This document shows, piece after piece, positions 1 through 13,811 of a DNA stretch of 63,848 bases. Each line of letters opens with the position of its first letter. Position 1 is the stretch's first letter. Both the position numbers and the translations under genes were made by a program. The DNA is from Sphaerodactylus townsendi (lineage: Eukaryota), in contig NC_059434.1 of NCBI RefSeq assembly GCF_021028975.2, forward strand, positions 75,640,001-75,703,848, written 5' to 3'. The notes under the pieces are model-generated. The model searched no databases. It saw only the letters and a program-made list of their open reading frames with translations, and was not told the origin of the DNA.

Positions 1-779
1 AGGCTTCTGAATCTGGAAACCATATGATTTATTTTGTATCAAAGCACCTGAACAGCATTTAAATAATTACCTAATGCCTACTGTAATAATTAGTAGGAAT
101 AAAAAGATTTTTGAAATTAGAACACGTTATGCCATTTCTCTGAGGTACTGCCTCCACTCCGCTCCAGGTCACTGAAAGATGGTTGTTATTGTTAAGAGTA
201 TGAATAATTTAGATTTATATCTTATTTTTAAACTATATGGTCCTCAAAATAATTTGCAGCGTTTTAGAGTATGATTTTATCTATTAATCATGCACACAAT
301 TCATACTATATCTTAGATATTATGAGGCAGAATATCTAGATTGGAGTCCAGGAACACTTTGTAAGAAATTATCATTTATGACCCCCATCACTTTGTAACT
401 GATAAAACCCACACTTTAATCTCTTCACTCCAGATCAAAAGCACTATTCTGAAACACACATGCATGTCTACAAGTGGTGAGGGTCTTTCTCATCACTCTT
501 TCACATCAGACTTGTCTGAAATCTACTGTTTACCAGTCTTACATAAATGTTTCAATGGCCCAGGAACCCAAACAAGGATAGGACTATGGCACTGAGAAGG
601 GGCGCTGCCTCAGAGGTAGACCATCTGTTTGGCATACAGAAGGTTCCAGATTCATCTTCAGTTAAGGATCAGGAGAACCTCTGTCATCCCCTGTGATGGG
701 CAGTACTGACTTTGATGGACCACAGGTCTGATGCAGTGTAGATCTTGCCTTTTTTTTCTGTCCTGAATTTATTGCCCAT

Positions 780-1480
780 TAACTTATTTATTTGTTTGTT
801 TGTTTGTTTGTTTGTTTATTGTTTCGATTTATAAACCGCCCTATCCCTAGAGACTCTGGAGGTGTACAGCATTCACATATACAATTGATGAAATCGATAA
901 CAACAATATAATACTAAAATCCATTAAAAACTACTTAAAAAAAAACAGCGGTTAATATCACAATAAGGTGCCCTAATCCAATTCAGTTAAGATCACCCCA
1001 GTAAAAAGAAAAGGGAGGGGAGACCAGGTTCCACCATCTCTGGGAGGATAGATAAGGTGGTAAAGTGCATCAGATGGTATGTGCAAAAAAAAAAGCGGGG
1101 AGGAAGGAGAGGGGGAGGAAGCCACTCAGCGACTGGACACTCAAAGGCAGCCGGCGGAACAACTTGGTCTTACAGGCCCTGCCGAGGAATTCACCAAAGG
1201 TCCCTTGCTTGGGGTGCCGGACCAACTGTGGAGGAAGAGTGTTCCACCAGGCTGGGGCCAGGGCCGTGGAGGTCCTGGCACCGTGTGGAGGCTCAGCAGC
1301 ATCATCGAGGGGCCCCAGGAACCACCAGCAAAAATTGGCCTCTGCTGATCGCAGAGGCCGAGTAAGGCATATGGGGGGTAATCGCGGTCTCTCAGATATA
1401 TAGGGGTCCCAGGCGGCGTAAAGACGCCAAGGTTAAAACCCATACCTTGAAGATTGGTCGGTCGAATTCCACTGGAATTC
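780..1480 (-). mobile_element. L2-type LINE 3' fragment (degenerate RT C-terminus, 3' UTR, microsatellite tail)
   Basis: The minus-strand ORF 1141-1596 contains 'TPIYLRDR..PPY', resembling the GPxYLRDRL motif of L2 ORF2. The tail reads (TTTG)n...ATTTATAAACCGCCCTATCCC on the + strand. Confidence 0.6.
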
Positions 1481-1625
1481 ACTGGGGTGGCTTCATTGAA
1501 TTCCCTGGAGTTCGGTATATTATGGCACGGGGAGGGAAGAAGCTCTCTTTGTTTTTTTTCACCCTGTGCTGGCAATTTCATACAAACCTCCACCATGCCC
1601 CCTCCCTTAAGTTGTCTTTTTTGCT

Positions 1626-2040
1626 GTACTTAAAAGGCCCAGCCTTTCTTCATAAGACAGGTGCTCCAACTTCTTCATCATCTTAGTTGCTCTCTTCTGC
1701 ACCTTGAATGGTTTCGCAGTATCTTTTTTTGAGATATGACAACCAGAACCATACACAGTACTCCTAACGAGGCCACAACATAGCTCTTCCAAGGGCATTA
1801 TAATGTTGTGTGATTATTTTCAATTCATTTCCTAATAATTCCTAATAATTCCTGGAGTTTACCTTTTTCACCGCTGCTGCACACCGAGTCTACTTTTTTG
1901 GTGGCACTGGCGACTGCAACCTCAAGACATCTTTCTGTCTTTGCCTCAGGAAGTTCAGTCCCTTGCAGCATATAATTTAGAGTCATGGTTTTTTTGTTCT
2001 AGTACACATCACCTTACGCATACCTTATACTGAACTTCGT
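1626..2040 (-). mobile_element. Old CR1 LINE fragment
   Basis: The minus-strand translation contains 'HISKKD..KVQKRATKM..LEHLSYEERL', the CR1 RT C-terminal motif. Confidence 0.8.
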
Positions 2041-2999
2041 TTTGATCTGGAGTGGCTAGAGGTGAATTCATGATAGAGAAAGTGAAAAGGGGGGGAGAGG
2101 AAATCAAGATTCTTCTCACAAGTCTTTGTGGGTTCCCCACTTGTATGTACCGATCTATCGATCTGTCTATCTCAAGCACAATCCAACTTAAGTTAATTAT
2201 TTTTTCGATCACAATCCTAATTTATATGAACAATATGGGACTTTATGTAAAGAAGCATAGGTTATAGATGGTTTCAAGCAGAGACAACTAAGTACATGAA
2301 TTTTAGCTTTGGCTATATTGGGCCATTTGCAAGAAAATCAGCTGGAATCACTGTAATTTATAGATGGTTCTCGAAATGCCTCATTAGCTCTAGCCTCTTA
2401 TCAGTTGCTTTGGCTGGGGGAAGAAGAAATATTGAACACTTCATCACCAGTCTCATTCAAATTCACCCTCCCTTATTAGTATTGCTAGATTTACCATTAC
2501 AGCACTTTAGGTGGTACAAGTCTAACAATCGTTTTGGGTTTGTGAAAAAATATGGTTGCAGTCTCTAAAATCAACTATTCTGATACATAGTCTGAAAGAG
2601 CTGAGGCAAAGGGGTGTCCAGGATTCAAATCAAGTAGTTCTGATCAGTTCAGATAGTTTCTGAATGATTTATGGGCAGGCACAGCAATAAAAGCTAGCAG
2701 GAAAGCTCCTATTCACCTAATGCTTACAGCTAAAATGCAATGCCCTGTGTAATAGCTGGTTTTCCCTTGCTTTTTGGTGACTTCCTAGAAAGTCAGATCA
2801 ATTTTTCCCCTTTGTGTAGAAGGCAAGCTCGAAATTTTCAGATGCTTGCTAAAACGGTAGAGGGATGTATCAACAGGGTAAGGACAAATATGAAACCAGA
2901 TTGGCTTTAAGAAATCCTAGAAATGTAAAGGGGATATGCTCCATGAAGGAAAAATGGCATGTGCATGGGATCGCCAGGAAAAACAAATTTTATTCACGT

Positions 3000-3622
3000 A
3001 CTTTTTACAGCGAAATCATGCCTAGATGAGCTGCAAGCAGAGGAAGTTTATGTGGGAAACCTTCACCAAATGGAGAAGGCAGGAGATTCTCTGTAGCAGC
3101 CCATAAAATGGCGGGCACAACTATTTTCCGTTCTGCATGGGCCTCGCAAGCAGCGGTGCACTGGCATACTTCATGCCGGTGCAACCCCCAGGTCTGTTCA
3201 CATGGTGCCCTGTGAAAAGCCCTGGTACCCCAGCGGCACATGGGATCGCATTCACATGGGCCCACCAGTGCAGATCCCCTCTTACCTTGTCTCCCGGCAA
3301 CCGTTGCATTGGAGAGGACAGGGGACACGTCCCTGTGGCCATGGCAACTCCTCCAGAGTCAGAGACCAGGACACATGTCCCCTGGCATCTCCAGAGTGAC
3401 AGCGACTGGGAAACAAGGTAAGAGGGGATCTGTGCTGGCGCAGGGAGAACACCGACGTCTGCCCAGTGCCATTCACTTAGCACCGGGTGAACACCGGCAT
3501 TTTCCAAAAGACTCACTCGTTGAGTGAATCTGAAAAATGCCACTGAATGGTGCGAAGTCCTCCTCCACAATGGCATTTTTCCTGGCCCCATGCCGGTTTT
3601 TATCGCTTGTGTGGAATGGGCC
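3000..3622. mobile_element. Degenerate palindromic MITE-like element (PIF/Harbinger-like end)
   Basis: Internal inverted repeat CAGATCCCCTCTTACCTTGT (~3271) / ACAAGGTAAGAGGGGATCTG (~3413). The right end is GTGTGGAATGGGCC; the left boundary is unclear. Confidence 0.45.
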
Positions 3623-3751
3623 TATGAGACTGACAAGAGCTATATCAGCCAGCAGGCAGGGGAAAAAAACCTGTTTTGACTGTTAGTGCTTGTGTTCTGC
3701 ATGCAAAATGCATACAAAAAGCCAAAATGGATCTTTTAAAAATGTCTAAAG

Positions 3752-3935
3752 CAGTGGTTCTCAACCTTCCTAATTCCACGGCCCTTTAATACAGTTCCTC
3801 ATGTTGTGGTGACCCCCAGCCCTAACATGTATCCATTTTACAGATGGAGAACACTGATGCAGAGTCTTAGGCGACCCCTGTGAAAGGGTCGTGCGACCCC
3901 CAAAGGGGTTGCGACCCACAGGTTGAGAACCACTG
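3752..3935. mobile_element. Non-autonomous SPIN (URR1-like) hAT transposon
   Basis: TIRs CAGTGGTTCTCAACCT / AGGTTGAGAACCACTG. Subterminal CCCTTTAATACAGTTCCTCATGTTGTGGTGACCCC and GTCTTAGGCGACCCCTGTGAAAGGGTC match my recollection of the URR1/SPIN consensus. Confidence 0.8.
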
Positions 3936-6620
3936 GTAAAGGATGTTTTAATTTTGCTGTGCGGAAAAGGTCAGTGCTATGGAAAAAGCCTGACTGGACT
4001 GAAACCTGGGAGAGCCCAACTTCTGATTAGGTCTGGGCTGCATTGATGATGTTGGAACCAGGGGCCTTCTAAGTCAGAAGGCTGGCTAAACAAAGAAACT
4101 TTGGAAGAAGGTTTATGGAGTCTTTGATTGTTGGACATGGAATTTATGATTAATGTAATAATGCTTGGGGAGAAAGTTTCAACATGAAGACCAGTTGGAA
4201 TTAGAGCATGAAGCGATTTGGATGTTTTTTGTGAAATTGGTAGATAGGTATGTCTTCTTAAAAGGGCTGTGCTGTTGCTGTCAGATCTGAGTGGCTGAGC
4301 CTCCAGGGAAGGCATTGTCTACTGCTATGCATAGCTTGATTGGGAGAGAGAGAGCGAGCATGTATTGGGCAAACCGTTTTAGTATGTGAAACTTCATGTG
4401 AGTCAAGATAAGGTCTCCATCTTAATCTGGATTGTCTGTGATACCAAGACGCACAACTGGTAAGGGCATTTTTAAGAAAATGTCATCACTGACTTTGCTT
4501 TATGGATTTGCATGCACCAACAACTGGAGGCAGTGGAGCAGAACTGAATGCTGCGGGACCTGCTGGGCCAAGTCCAGCATTCAGTTCTCTGCCACCTGCC
4601 ACCTTCAGCCAAGAGCCCATGTGAACTTTAGAGGCAGCCTTCAGAAGGTAATTGAGGGAATATGCACAGGAGGGAGATTATGCCGAAACATAATCAAAAG
4701 GTGAAATAATGGAATTCTGAAATAATATTCGCTTACAAGATAAAGGGCAGTTTCCCAATCCAGATGCAGGAGGTCAGATGGGCTGTCAAGTGAAAATTAA
4801 GACCAACCAATGGGAACGCATGGGCTTTGGAAGTTTCTGATCATCATGCCAGGTTTGGTGTTCAATTATCAAAGCAGCAGATGAAATCAGGAAGAGAAGA
4901 GAACTGACTGTTGCTTCTCAGAGAATGTGGATTTAATCACTGTCAATTACTGGGGACTTAATTCTGTCTGTCACTTGGGGAAAAAAGTTTATTGCAGTTT
5001 TCTGGAGACAACAGGAGTTAACTCCATGGACTTGCCTTTTGCTTCTGTTTCCTCAGAAGTGATAAGGTCAGCCCACCCTCAGGGCACACTGAGGTCAGCT
5101 TTAATTTAGGAAGCTGAAAGCTAGTGAATCGAAACTGTAGTCCACATGACTTTCCATCACAGCTTGTATTGTCAAAATTGACCATTTTATTATGCCAAAC
5201 TGAACCAACAGGGGCAACATCTCTTCGTTACAAGCTTTCCTGGAGGATATTGATTAGACATAATAATTACAGTCTGCTGATCATTAATACTGCCAGGAAA
5301 ATAACGCACTTGTTTGTCCTTGGATTTTCTTTAAAGCGATTTTCAGTTGGAATATAGAGAAGGTAGAAGACAGAAATGAAAATCAATTTCCTTGCAGTCA
5401 GTTTTTTAAAATGTAGCAACGAATTATCATCAGGGAAGAGAGATGTGAATGTTATCGAACTATGCCATCCTACATGCCAGCTTTAATTTTCAGGTTGAAA
5501 GCAGCAGTTTCAGTAAGGATAGAAAATTTCTCTGAAAACCATTTTCTCATCTAATAGCTTATTAGGAATACTTCTGAGAGGGTATTCTCTAGCAATCTAG
5601 AATTCCTCACCAGAGTTTGTTTTAGGAAGGTAGCGTGTTGGTCTTCAGTAGAAGAGGGTTGAAAATCTGTTGATCTTTTGTGGTGCTATTGGACAAATCC
5701 TAGAGGTCAGCATTTTAAAATTCTAAATTACTTGGTCTACCCAGTTTTGAAGTGGGACTGGAGCTTTTTACAAATCTTCCATTGCCCGTTGTTGTTTCGG
5801 CTTTCTAAACCCCAAATTTTTTACACAACACTAGGCATAGCTTTATTTCCATTTTTTTGTTTCCTGCAATTTGTTGATGTCTTCTACCCCCTCTGTGTGC
5901 ATTAATGATGCATTTACGAAATTACTGCCAAAATGAAGCAGTCTTGGTACCAGCTTTTGAGATTGCTTTTTCTGTTTTTGCTTTGTTTATCAGTGCACAT
6001 GCAGAAAATAGAAAAAAAGAAACATCAGTGATGGAAATGCAAGCTAAAGTAAACAACTTATTTGCAAAAGAATAAAGGAATAAAAATGAGGTGGATTCAA
6101 TTGTTAATTCCTAGTAAGCATACACCTTTTTCTCAGTTCCGGTTGTTTTGTTCTTTTTTAATTCTGGTTGTTGCTAGTTTGATTCCTATTTCCCCACAGC
6201 TGTTGCTATTTCCTTGATTCGTCACCTTATACAAGGAACTGGATCAAAGCATTAACAAGGGGGAAAGTGCCCGGTGCACTAGTGCGGCCTCCACCCCTGT
6301 CCCACCCCAGAATGCCCCATCATGCCCCTGGAATGCCCTTGCTACACCCCCCACAGGGGTGCACGCCTGAAGTGAGTTGCACCCCCCCTCCCGGAAGCTA
6401 TGCCTCTAAACTGGATAACATCATATTACTGCTTAGTCAATTTGATTTAGCTACATGACTGTCAGTGAGGGGCTACTGAAGACAAGTTAAATTAATGGAG
6501 GGACATTTTTCCTCAAAGCAATTTTGATTTTATAATCCTAATAAAAATGTTTTACAACTCTGCCACTCTGGCTTAATCCATTGGAAAATCTCAACAAGCA
6601 ATGTGTTTATGGGTTGATTT

Positions 6621-6796
6621 CAGTGGTGGGATCCAAAATGTGTTAATAACATGTTCCGATGGTGGTGGGGATTCAAACAGTGGCACCGCCGCACTGCCGC
6701 ACCTCCAGCCCCTGTGTGGGCAGGGAGGTTGCTTTAGTAACCCCTTCTTGGCACCACTAGAGATCCAGTAGGGGACAGATTTGGGTCCCACCTCTG
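6621..6796. mobile_element. hAT MITE (CAGTGGTGGGATCC TIR family)
   Basis: TIR-like ends with a perfect 8-bp TSD GTTGATTT on both sides. Confidence 0.8.
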
Positions 6797-8862
6797 GTTG
6801 ATTTATTAGTATAACTGTCTTCTATTTTAATAACCCTGTTACTTAATACTGGAGTGAGAATTTCTGTTCTGTAGTGTCTGACCCCCCCTTTGATAATCTA
6901 GAAAATTATAAGATTTTTTGCCTTTTTTTACTATATCACAGGAGAAATCTAGCACAATTAGCAGAACAAGGTTTCCAATACCCCTGTTCTATCATGTTTT
7001 TTTCTCTCTTTTTTTCTGCTGCATCTGATGGAGTTCCATCCTGATTGTTTTCAGCAAATACTTTGTTCTCCTGTGCCTTCTTCACAGTATTGGAGATGAT
7101 ATTTTGTCTCTTGTCTCCCCACATATGCAATGATTGCGGAGCATCTTCAGATTTTCAGCACAATTTCAGACATTGCAGTACTTGTTATCTCTAAAACCTG
7201 CAACCACCACACTCCTCATCATATGATTTCTTGTCTAAACATCTATAATTTTGAACAGGGCAAAAATGAAGATCTTTGGGTGGTTATTGGGGAAAGGAGT
7301 GCTTTTAGGAGATCAACGAGTTCTTTTCCTCTTTCCTACTGTGATCATATGCAGCAATCAGAGATCACATGATAATATAATGCTCCATAGGTAATCGAAT
7401 CTGACTACATGGTGATATCACTGAAGGAAACAATGCCAAGTCTGAGTGATTTCTTCCACGATTACACTGTTTTTAGTCTGAACAAGTCAAACAAAACTGA
7501 CTTCTTTCTCTTCTTGGCTATGCTCTAATCTGGCCATGTTGGCAAGGCTCCTGAATAATTATCAGGGAAAGGAATGTGGTTTTAAGCTGAAAGCACCCCA
7601 ATTTTTAATCATAGTCTTTCTGCGGTGACTTCCCCAAGTCTAGTAATCTGTTCCACTTTTGAAGTGTAGTTGATGACCCCCCTAGTGTTTCCTACACAAG
7701 GATGCCCATTGTGTGATTTCCACATTGCTGGTGAGGCCGCTGATACAGCTCAGCAGCCATGGGGGGCTTCCATGTGACAAGATTTCCCTTCATTTTTCCT
7801 GCACGTCTGCTTGCCATTGGCTTGTTCAGGTTATAACAATCTCTCTGGCTGGTTCTCCTAAATTTCCAGAATTTTTTTTTTTAAGAGAAAGTTTGTCTGC
7901 AATTCCACTTTGTTGCTTAGATATAGAAGAAAAGGCGTTGCTGTATACGTTTTTTGTTCCTGGCCTTTGACTATTAACTGGGAATGTTATAGCATTCATA
8001 ATGCTACTAAGAATGTTGTAGCAATATGCAGCACTACTGATTTATTATTTTTTAAAGCCCACTGGTGGCAGGAGGGACATGGCTGTCACAGGAGACTGGG
8101 ACAGGAAAAAATGGCGAATGTGGGCGGGACCAGAGAAATCTGGACTTTCCCATCAACATGGGTGCCACCTTGGCCTTACTGCAGTTTTTCTCAAAACATT
8201 CTCAACAGCTTGACGGGTTTTAGCGAGAAGATCATTTTAAATATGGGGAAAAAAAACCAGCAAGTGAAAAAAAAAGCAACTTCCAACAGTATCCGAATCG
8301 GGAGAAACAATCTCAGTAATAAGTTACCCATCTTTCACTCTTGAAACAATGATTATGCTACTTATTAGCCTCCTTATCTTTCCAGTGAAACCACTGAAGT
8401 CGCGATCGGTGTGCTAAAGTATCTGTCTTAGATTGCAGGGATTAACTCAATTACTCACCCGGTTAAGCCTCGGATCTTGCAAAGAGCAATCACCAGAGCC
8501 AAGAATCAACAGTCTGTTCGTTTCATCTGTTATTGTCCAGAATAAAGCTCAAACATAACTGATTGTGAGGGACAGGTTTACATGCAGCTTTCTTTACGCG
8601 GCTGCCTCCCCTCCCTACTACCCCAACTGGTGCTGCACCCACCTTAAAAGCCACAACACTTAAAGGAGGATATACATAGTACATAACGTTTTGCATTGAG
8701 CTGTATTCCTGTTGCTTTGTTTTATTGTGTCTTATGTAACCCTGTGCCCATAATTGCTTCCCGGATCCATATCCCAGCTGAACCTTATCCTGGCTAGGCC
8801 TTCCTGGGCACTCTGTTTCGCTGCAGGCTGCTCCTGCAACCACCTCTTCCTTTGGAAGGGGT

Positions 8863-9190
8863 GAAGAAGAAGAAGAAGAAGAAGAAGAAGAAGAGGAGGA
8901 GGAGGAGGAGGAGGAGGAGGAAGGAGGAGGGAGGGAGGAAGTTTGGATTTATATCCCAACTTGCTCTCCTAGCGGAGACTCAAAGGGGAAGCTTACATTC
9001 TCCTTGCCCTTCCCAACTCACAACAAGCACCACCCTGTGAGGTAGGTGGAGCTCAAAGAGCTCCAGGAAGCTGTGACTGGCCAAAGGTGCCAGCTGGCAT
9101 GTGTAGAGTGTACAGGCTAATCTGAATTCCCAAAATAAGCCTCCACAGCTCAGGTGACAGAGCTGCAGGAATCGAGCGGGTTCCTCAGCA
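8863..9190 (-). mobile_element. tRNA-derived CORE-type SINE (Squam3-like) with (GAA/GAG)n tail
   Basis: Same sequence as the many other copies in the window (GTTTGGATTTATATCCC...CCCTGTGAGGTAGGTGG...TAAGCCTCCACAGCTCAGG). Purine microsatellite at 8863-8940. Confidence 0.75.
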
Positions 9191-11784
9191 CCTGAGGAGG
9201 GTGAAGATAATGGGGAAAAGGCAGTCACCATGGCAGAAGGAAAAAAAGGTTGCTGGGGTTGCCAGGCCGGAGCTCTTTCCACACTGCATTGAGCAAGAAG
9301 TCCAACTGAGGAATGAAGAGCCAAGAGGTCCTGGCTTGTGAATCGCCGCTTTTCTCCCCTTTCTTTAAACTCCGCGGTGCTTCGTTTTAGAAGTCACCAG
9401 CTGTTAGCCAGAAGTTGGGTGTGATTCTTCAACGACCCAAAGGAGACTGTCACAGAAAATGCGTTTGTGTACAAAATGATTTCCAGAGGCACGCTCTTTC
9501 TCTATCTACCTCATATTCCACTTTATTAACTTATTTTTTACTGAGGTAACTTTAATTTATTTTTTAAGCAACTGGCAGTTAACTTTGATTTATTTTTTAC
9601 TGAGAAGAGGTTTTGGACTTTAAATATAGCCCTAGTTGACCCACCTTCTCGCTTTAGCCTTGAGTATTCTTTAAAAGCATTGTAGATCACCCTCCACTAC
9701 AGCTCAAAATACTCTCTATGAGGTGTCCCTGACCTAGATGGTCCAAGCTAGTCCAGTTTCATCAGATCTCAGAAGCTAAGCAGTCTGCTAAGTATCCACT
9801 GAATTCTACTGTTTTTGTTTGTGTTGTTTTTTCACTGGTTCTGTGTAAGCCCTGACCCCAAGCCATGTTTGCATGGCAATTGGTGGAAGTGAGTCATGCA
9901 TGAAGATTGGCTGGAAATTAGGTAAGCCTTTCAGGCTTGCTCAATTATATATAAAGGTAGGTACCCATGTTTTTTTTGGGCAGATAGATGTTTCAATTAA
10001 TTTAATTCTTGGATTTGAGGAGGTTGCTAAAATGATTTGCAAAAGTTCATGCTACTCCCTCTTCCGAGAGATGCGAATGTTATTATATCACCTCTTTCAT
10101 TCTTTCTTTTTTTGGTTAAAATCAGCTTGAAATTGCAAATTATTCTTACATCTGTTCTGACCCTAAAACATAAAGAAATTTATAAAAAATGCTCTTAGAC
10201 TGTGGACTGCGATGAAGCTACAGTTCAAGTAGAAACAATGTTTTCTCATAACCAAGTTAATTAAGCAAAGTCTTTAATTAAATATGAATACACCTGCAAA
10301 GTACTGGCCTGAGCATTAGTAACTGGAAAATGATGTATGTTCAAATGCTGCCTTCATTACTTATATTTTCTTTTGTTGTTTTCTCTCTCTCATACATTTG
10401 GTAAATGATATAGTAACTAGACACTCAATATTTTTTTAAAAAAGCAATTCAGAATCTTATCAAAATTACGCAAGCCATTACCAAACTTTTTGGTACATAA
10501 ATCAGACTACACTTTGGAATTAAGAATCGCCGGGATTTTTTCTCTACACCACCTAATAATTTTCCATAGGGAATATGGCATTTTATCATATGAAGTGGAT
10601 ATATTCTGCTAACAAAGAATCAAAATTATTTGGCTATGAGGTTTGAGAGGCGCTGATGTTATATGGCAGCAGCGTGGATCCAGGAGGTGATAACAGATGT
10701 GCACGGATTCCTACGGTGGTGCCAACTTTAGGAAGATTGCTGGTTCTGTGTGGGGTACCTCCTCATTGGACTGTATCCCTCCTCATTGGACTGTATCAAG
10801 CAGCCATTGGGCTAGCTTATTTGGAGAATCAACTCTGTGAGGAGTTGTATTTCAAATCATTGGTATTCAGAAGTGCCATGGGATTTTCATAACACACTGA
10901 TGATAATGGTTGAGGATGGGGTTTTTTTGGTTGGCACTACTTCTCAGATACTGAGGTAAGCACGCAGAAATTCTCGCATTATTGCTCATCTAAGGACTGT
11001 ATTGCTAATGAACTTCATTACTCATTTAAAAATTCTTCTTTCCTCTGAAGAAATCTGGACTTCAAGAGTGGCGATCAGGTATCAATGGAGTTTTGGAGCA
11101 TGCATTCACAGTGGGGAACAAAATGTGTTCAAAATTAGTGGCGCTTGTGGGATGGCGATACAAAGAGTTTTGCTGCTCATTAAGTGAAAATTGTGGTTGC
11201 ACTGCTGTTGGTAGAACTGGGATCTGAGACCCCATTGGTGAAAGGGTCAAAAACTGAGGTGTCATTGGCTAATTCAGGCTTCTTGTATGTAAGGGGTGCT
11301 GGTAAGGGGTACCCTAGGTGATGTAATGGAGAAGGGAGATGTGCCCAGCCACAAGAGATTGAATTAACTGGACTCATGAAAGGGAAGAGAGACAGTTTTG
11401 GTTTTATACCCTGCTTTGCTCAACCACCTATATTGTCTGAATGACAATCCATATTGGATCATTTGCAGCACTGGAAGCTGGTGGGCATGAAATAAAAGGG
11501 ATATAGAAGTAAAGCAGTTGACATGGTGACAGACAGGATAGAGGAAGAAGCTTATTTAGCTGATATTGGTAAAATTAGATCTGCAGTTACAGAAACTGCC
11601 AGGACCACACAAAGTGTTGTTTAATATAACATGAAAATAGGCAGCCAGACCTATAAAGCTGCCTGAACTTCAGTGCACTGTCATCTGTGACCCTACGGAA
11701 GCCCACAGGCAAAGGTCTTGAACTGGAGATGTCATGGATTCTGCAATGCTAAGCCTTCTTCATTTTGTCTTCAGATTGCTTCCT

Positions 11785-12866
11785 TAAGAACATAAGAACA
11801 TAAGAACTAGCCTGCTGGATCAGACCAAAGTCCGTAGTCCAGCTCTCTGCTACTACAGTGACCCTGAGGTGCCTTGGGGAACTCATGTGGAGGATGTGAA
11901 CGCAATGGCCTTCTAGGCTGTTGCTCCCGATCACCTGAATGCTGTTAAGGCATTTGCAATCTCAGATCAAAGGAGGATCCAAGATTGGTAGCCATAAATC
12001 GACTTCTCCTCCATGAAATCTGTCCAAGCCCCTTTTAAAGCTATCCAGGTTAGTGGCCATCACCTGCCACCTCCTGTGGCAGCATATTCCAAACACCAAT
12101 CCTGCGTTAGCATTGAAGAGGTGTTTCCTTTTGATAGTCCTAATTCTTCCCCACAGCATTTTCAATGAATGTCCCCTGGTTCTAGTATTGTGAGAAAGAG
12201 AGAAAAATTTCTCTCTGTCAAGCATTACTCTACCCCATGCATAATTTTGTAGACTTCAATCAATTCCCCCCTCAGCCCGCCTCCTCTCCAAACTAAAGAG
12301 TCCCAAACACTGCGACCTCTCCTCTCATAGGGAAGGTGCTCCAGTCCCTCAATCATCCTTGTTGCCCTTATATGCACTTTTTTCCTGTCTCCCTCCAATA
12401 TCCTTTTTGAGATGCGGCGACCAGAACTGAACCACAGTACTCCAAGATGCGGTCGCTACACTGCTTTATATAAGGGCTTGACAATCTTTACAGTTTTATT
12501 CTCAATTCCTTTTCTAATGATCCCCAGCATAGAGTTTGCGCTTTTTCACAGCTGCCATGCATTGAGTTGACATTCCCATGGAACTATCAACTAAGGCGCC
12601 TAAATCCCCTTTCCTGGTCTGTGACTGATATAGCACTGACCCCTGTAGCAATGTATGTGGAACGGATTTTTTGCCCCTATGTGCATCACTTTACATTTTA
12701 TACATTGAACTGCATTTGCCATTTCTGAGCCAGCTCATCTAATTTATCAAGGTCCGCTTGGAGGTCTTCGTAATCCTTTGTGTGGTTCTCACCACCCTAC
12801 ATAATTTGGTATCATCTGCAAACTTGAAGCGCACGCTACCCACCCCTACTTCCAGGTCATTTATGA
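11785..12866 (-). mobile_element. CR1 LINE 3' portion (~1.1 kb) with many small indels
   Basis: (TAAGAACA)n tail. Translation 'DREKFFSLSHNTRTRGHSLKML..RIRT.KRKH'. It is the reverse complement of the family at 37788-38466. Confidence 0.9.
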
Positions 12867-12952
12867 TTCACCTGTGATGAATTCTTCCTGTTGCACCTGT
12901 GATGCTAATAACACCGGTCACTGCACATTTGCAGCAATGCTTGTAACAACTA

Positions 12953-13224
12953 TGTATCGTCGAAAGGCTTTCATGGCCAGAATGCGACGGACTGTTTTGG
13001 GTTTTCAAGGCTGTGTGATCATGATCTGGTAGTTTTTGCTCCTAACATTTTGCCCACCTCTATGACTGGCATCTTCAGAGGTATGTCATGGTTAGATGAA
13101 TTTCTCCTCTGTTATAGCCATGGAAACACATCTCACCGTGACATATCTCTGAAGATGCCAATTACAGAATGAAACAAAAACTACCAGACCATGGCCATAC
13201 ATTCTGGAAAACCCACAACAGCCA
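12953..13224. mobile_element. Penelope-like element end, inverted (palindromic) arrangement, degenerate
   Basis: GGCATCTTCAGAGG ... CTCTGAAGATGCC inverted pair. Same family as 21932-22184 and 42717-43018. Confidence 0.75.
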
Positions 13225-13508
13225 CCTGTAACCTAACTCATGGACAAGAGAGAAGAAGAAGAGCTTGGATTATACGATGCTTTTCTCAACTGTAAGGAGT
13301 CTCAAAGTGACTTGCAAGCATGCCAGCTTCCTCTCCCCACAACAGAACCTTGTGAAGTGGGGTGGGGCTGAGAGAGCAGACTTCGTGAGAAGGAGCGAAG
13401 AAACAAGTCCAGTTCACCAGAGTCTGCTGCTCGTTATTGGAGGAGTGGGGAATCAAACCTGGTTCTCAAAGATTAGATCCAGTATTATTCTTAGCTAGTA
13501 CACCTTAC

Positions 13509-13811
13509 GGCCCTTTCCCCACTTGCACTTGTGGGAGGGTTGCTGCGGCGCAATTCCCAGCGATGCGCAATTCCTGGCGCATGCCCCGGCTTCCCCGCGA
13601 CCCAGCGCTCTGCTACGGGGGGTCATCAAAAGGCACCATTTGAAGAAGGCGCCAGGAATGATGATAGCGTGCTGAGGTGGCGAGAGAGAGGCAACGTCGA
13701 GGGTGGCTGGCGTTCGCGCCAGCCCTGAAGTGGGGAATTAAAGCTGTAAGGACCCTGCGCTACTTTAGGAGAGTGGCGAGGGGCTTAAAGATGAAAGTGC
13801 GGGAAAGGGCC
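13509..13811. mobile_element. CpG-rich MITE, PIF/Harbinger-like TIRs
   Basis: TIRs GGCCCTTTCCC / GGGAAAGGGCC. Confidence 0.6.

Noticed and set aside
8732-9040. Poly-K/R/L/P/E ORFs here and at 31935, 39663, 53706 and 61400
   Set aside because: Translations of SINE-tail microsatellites.
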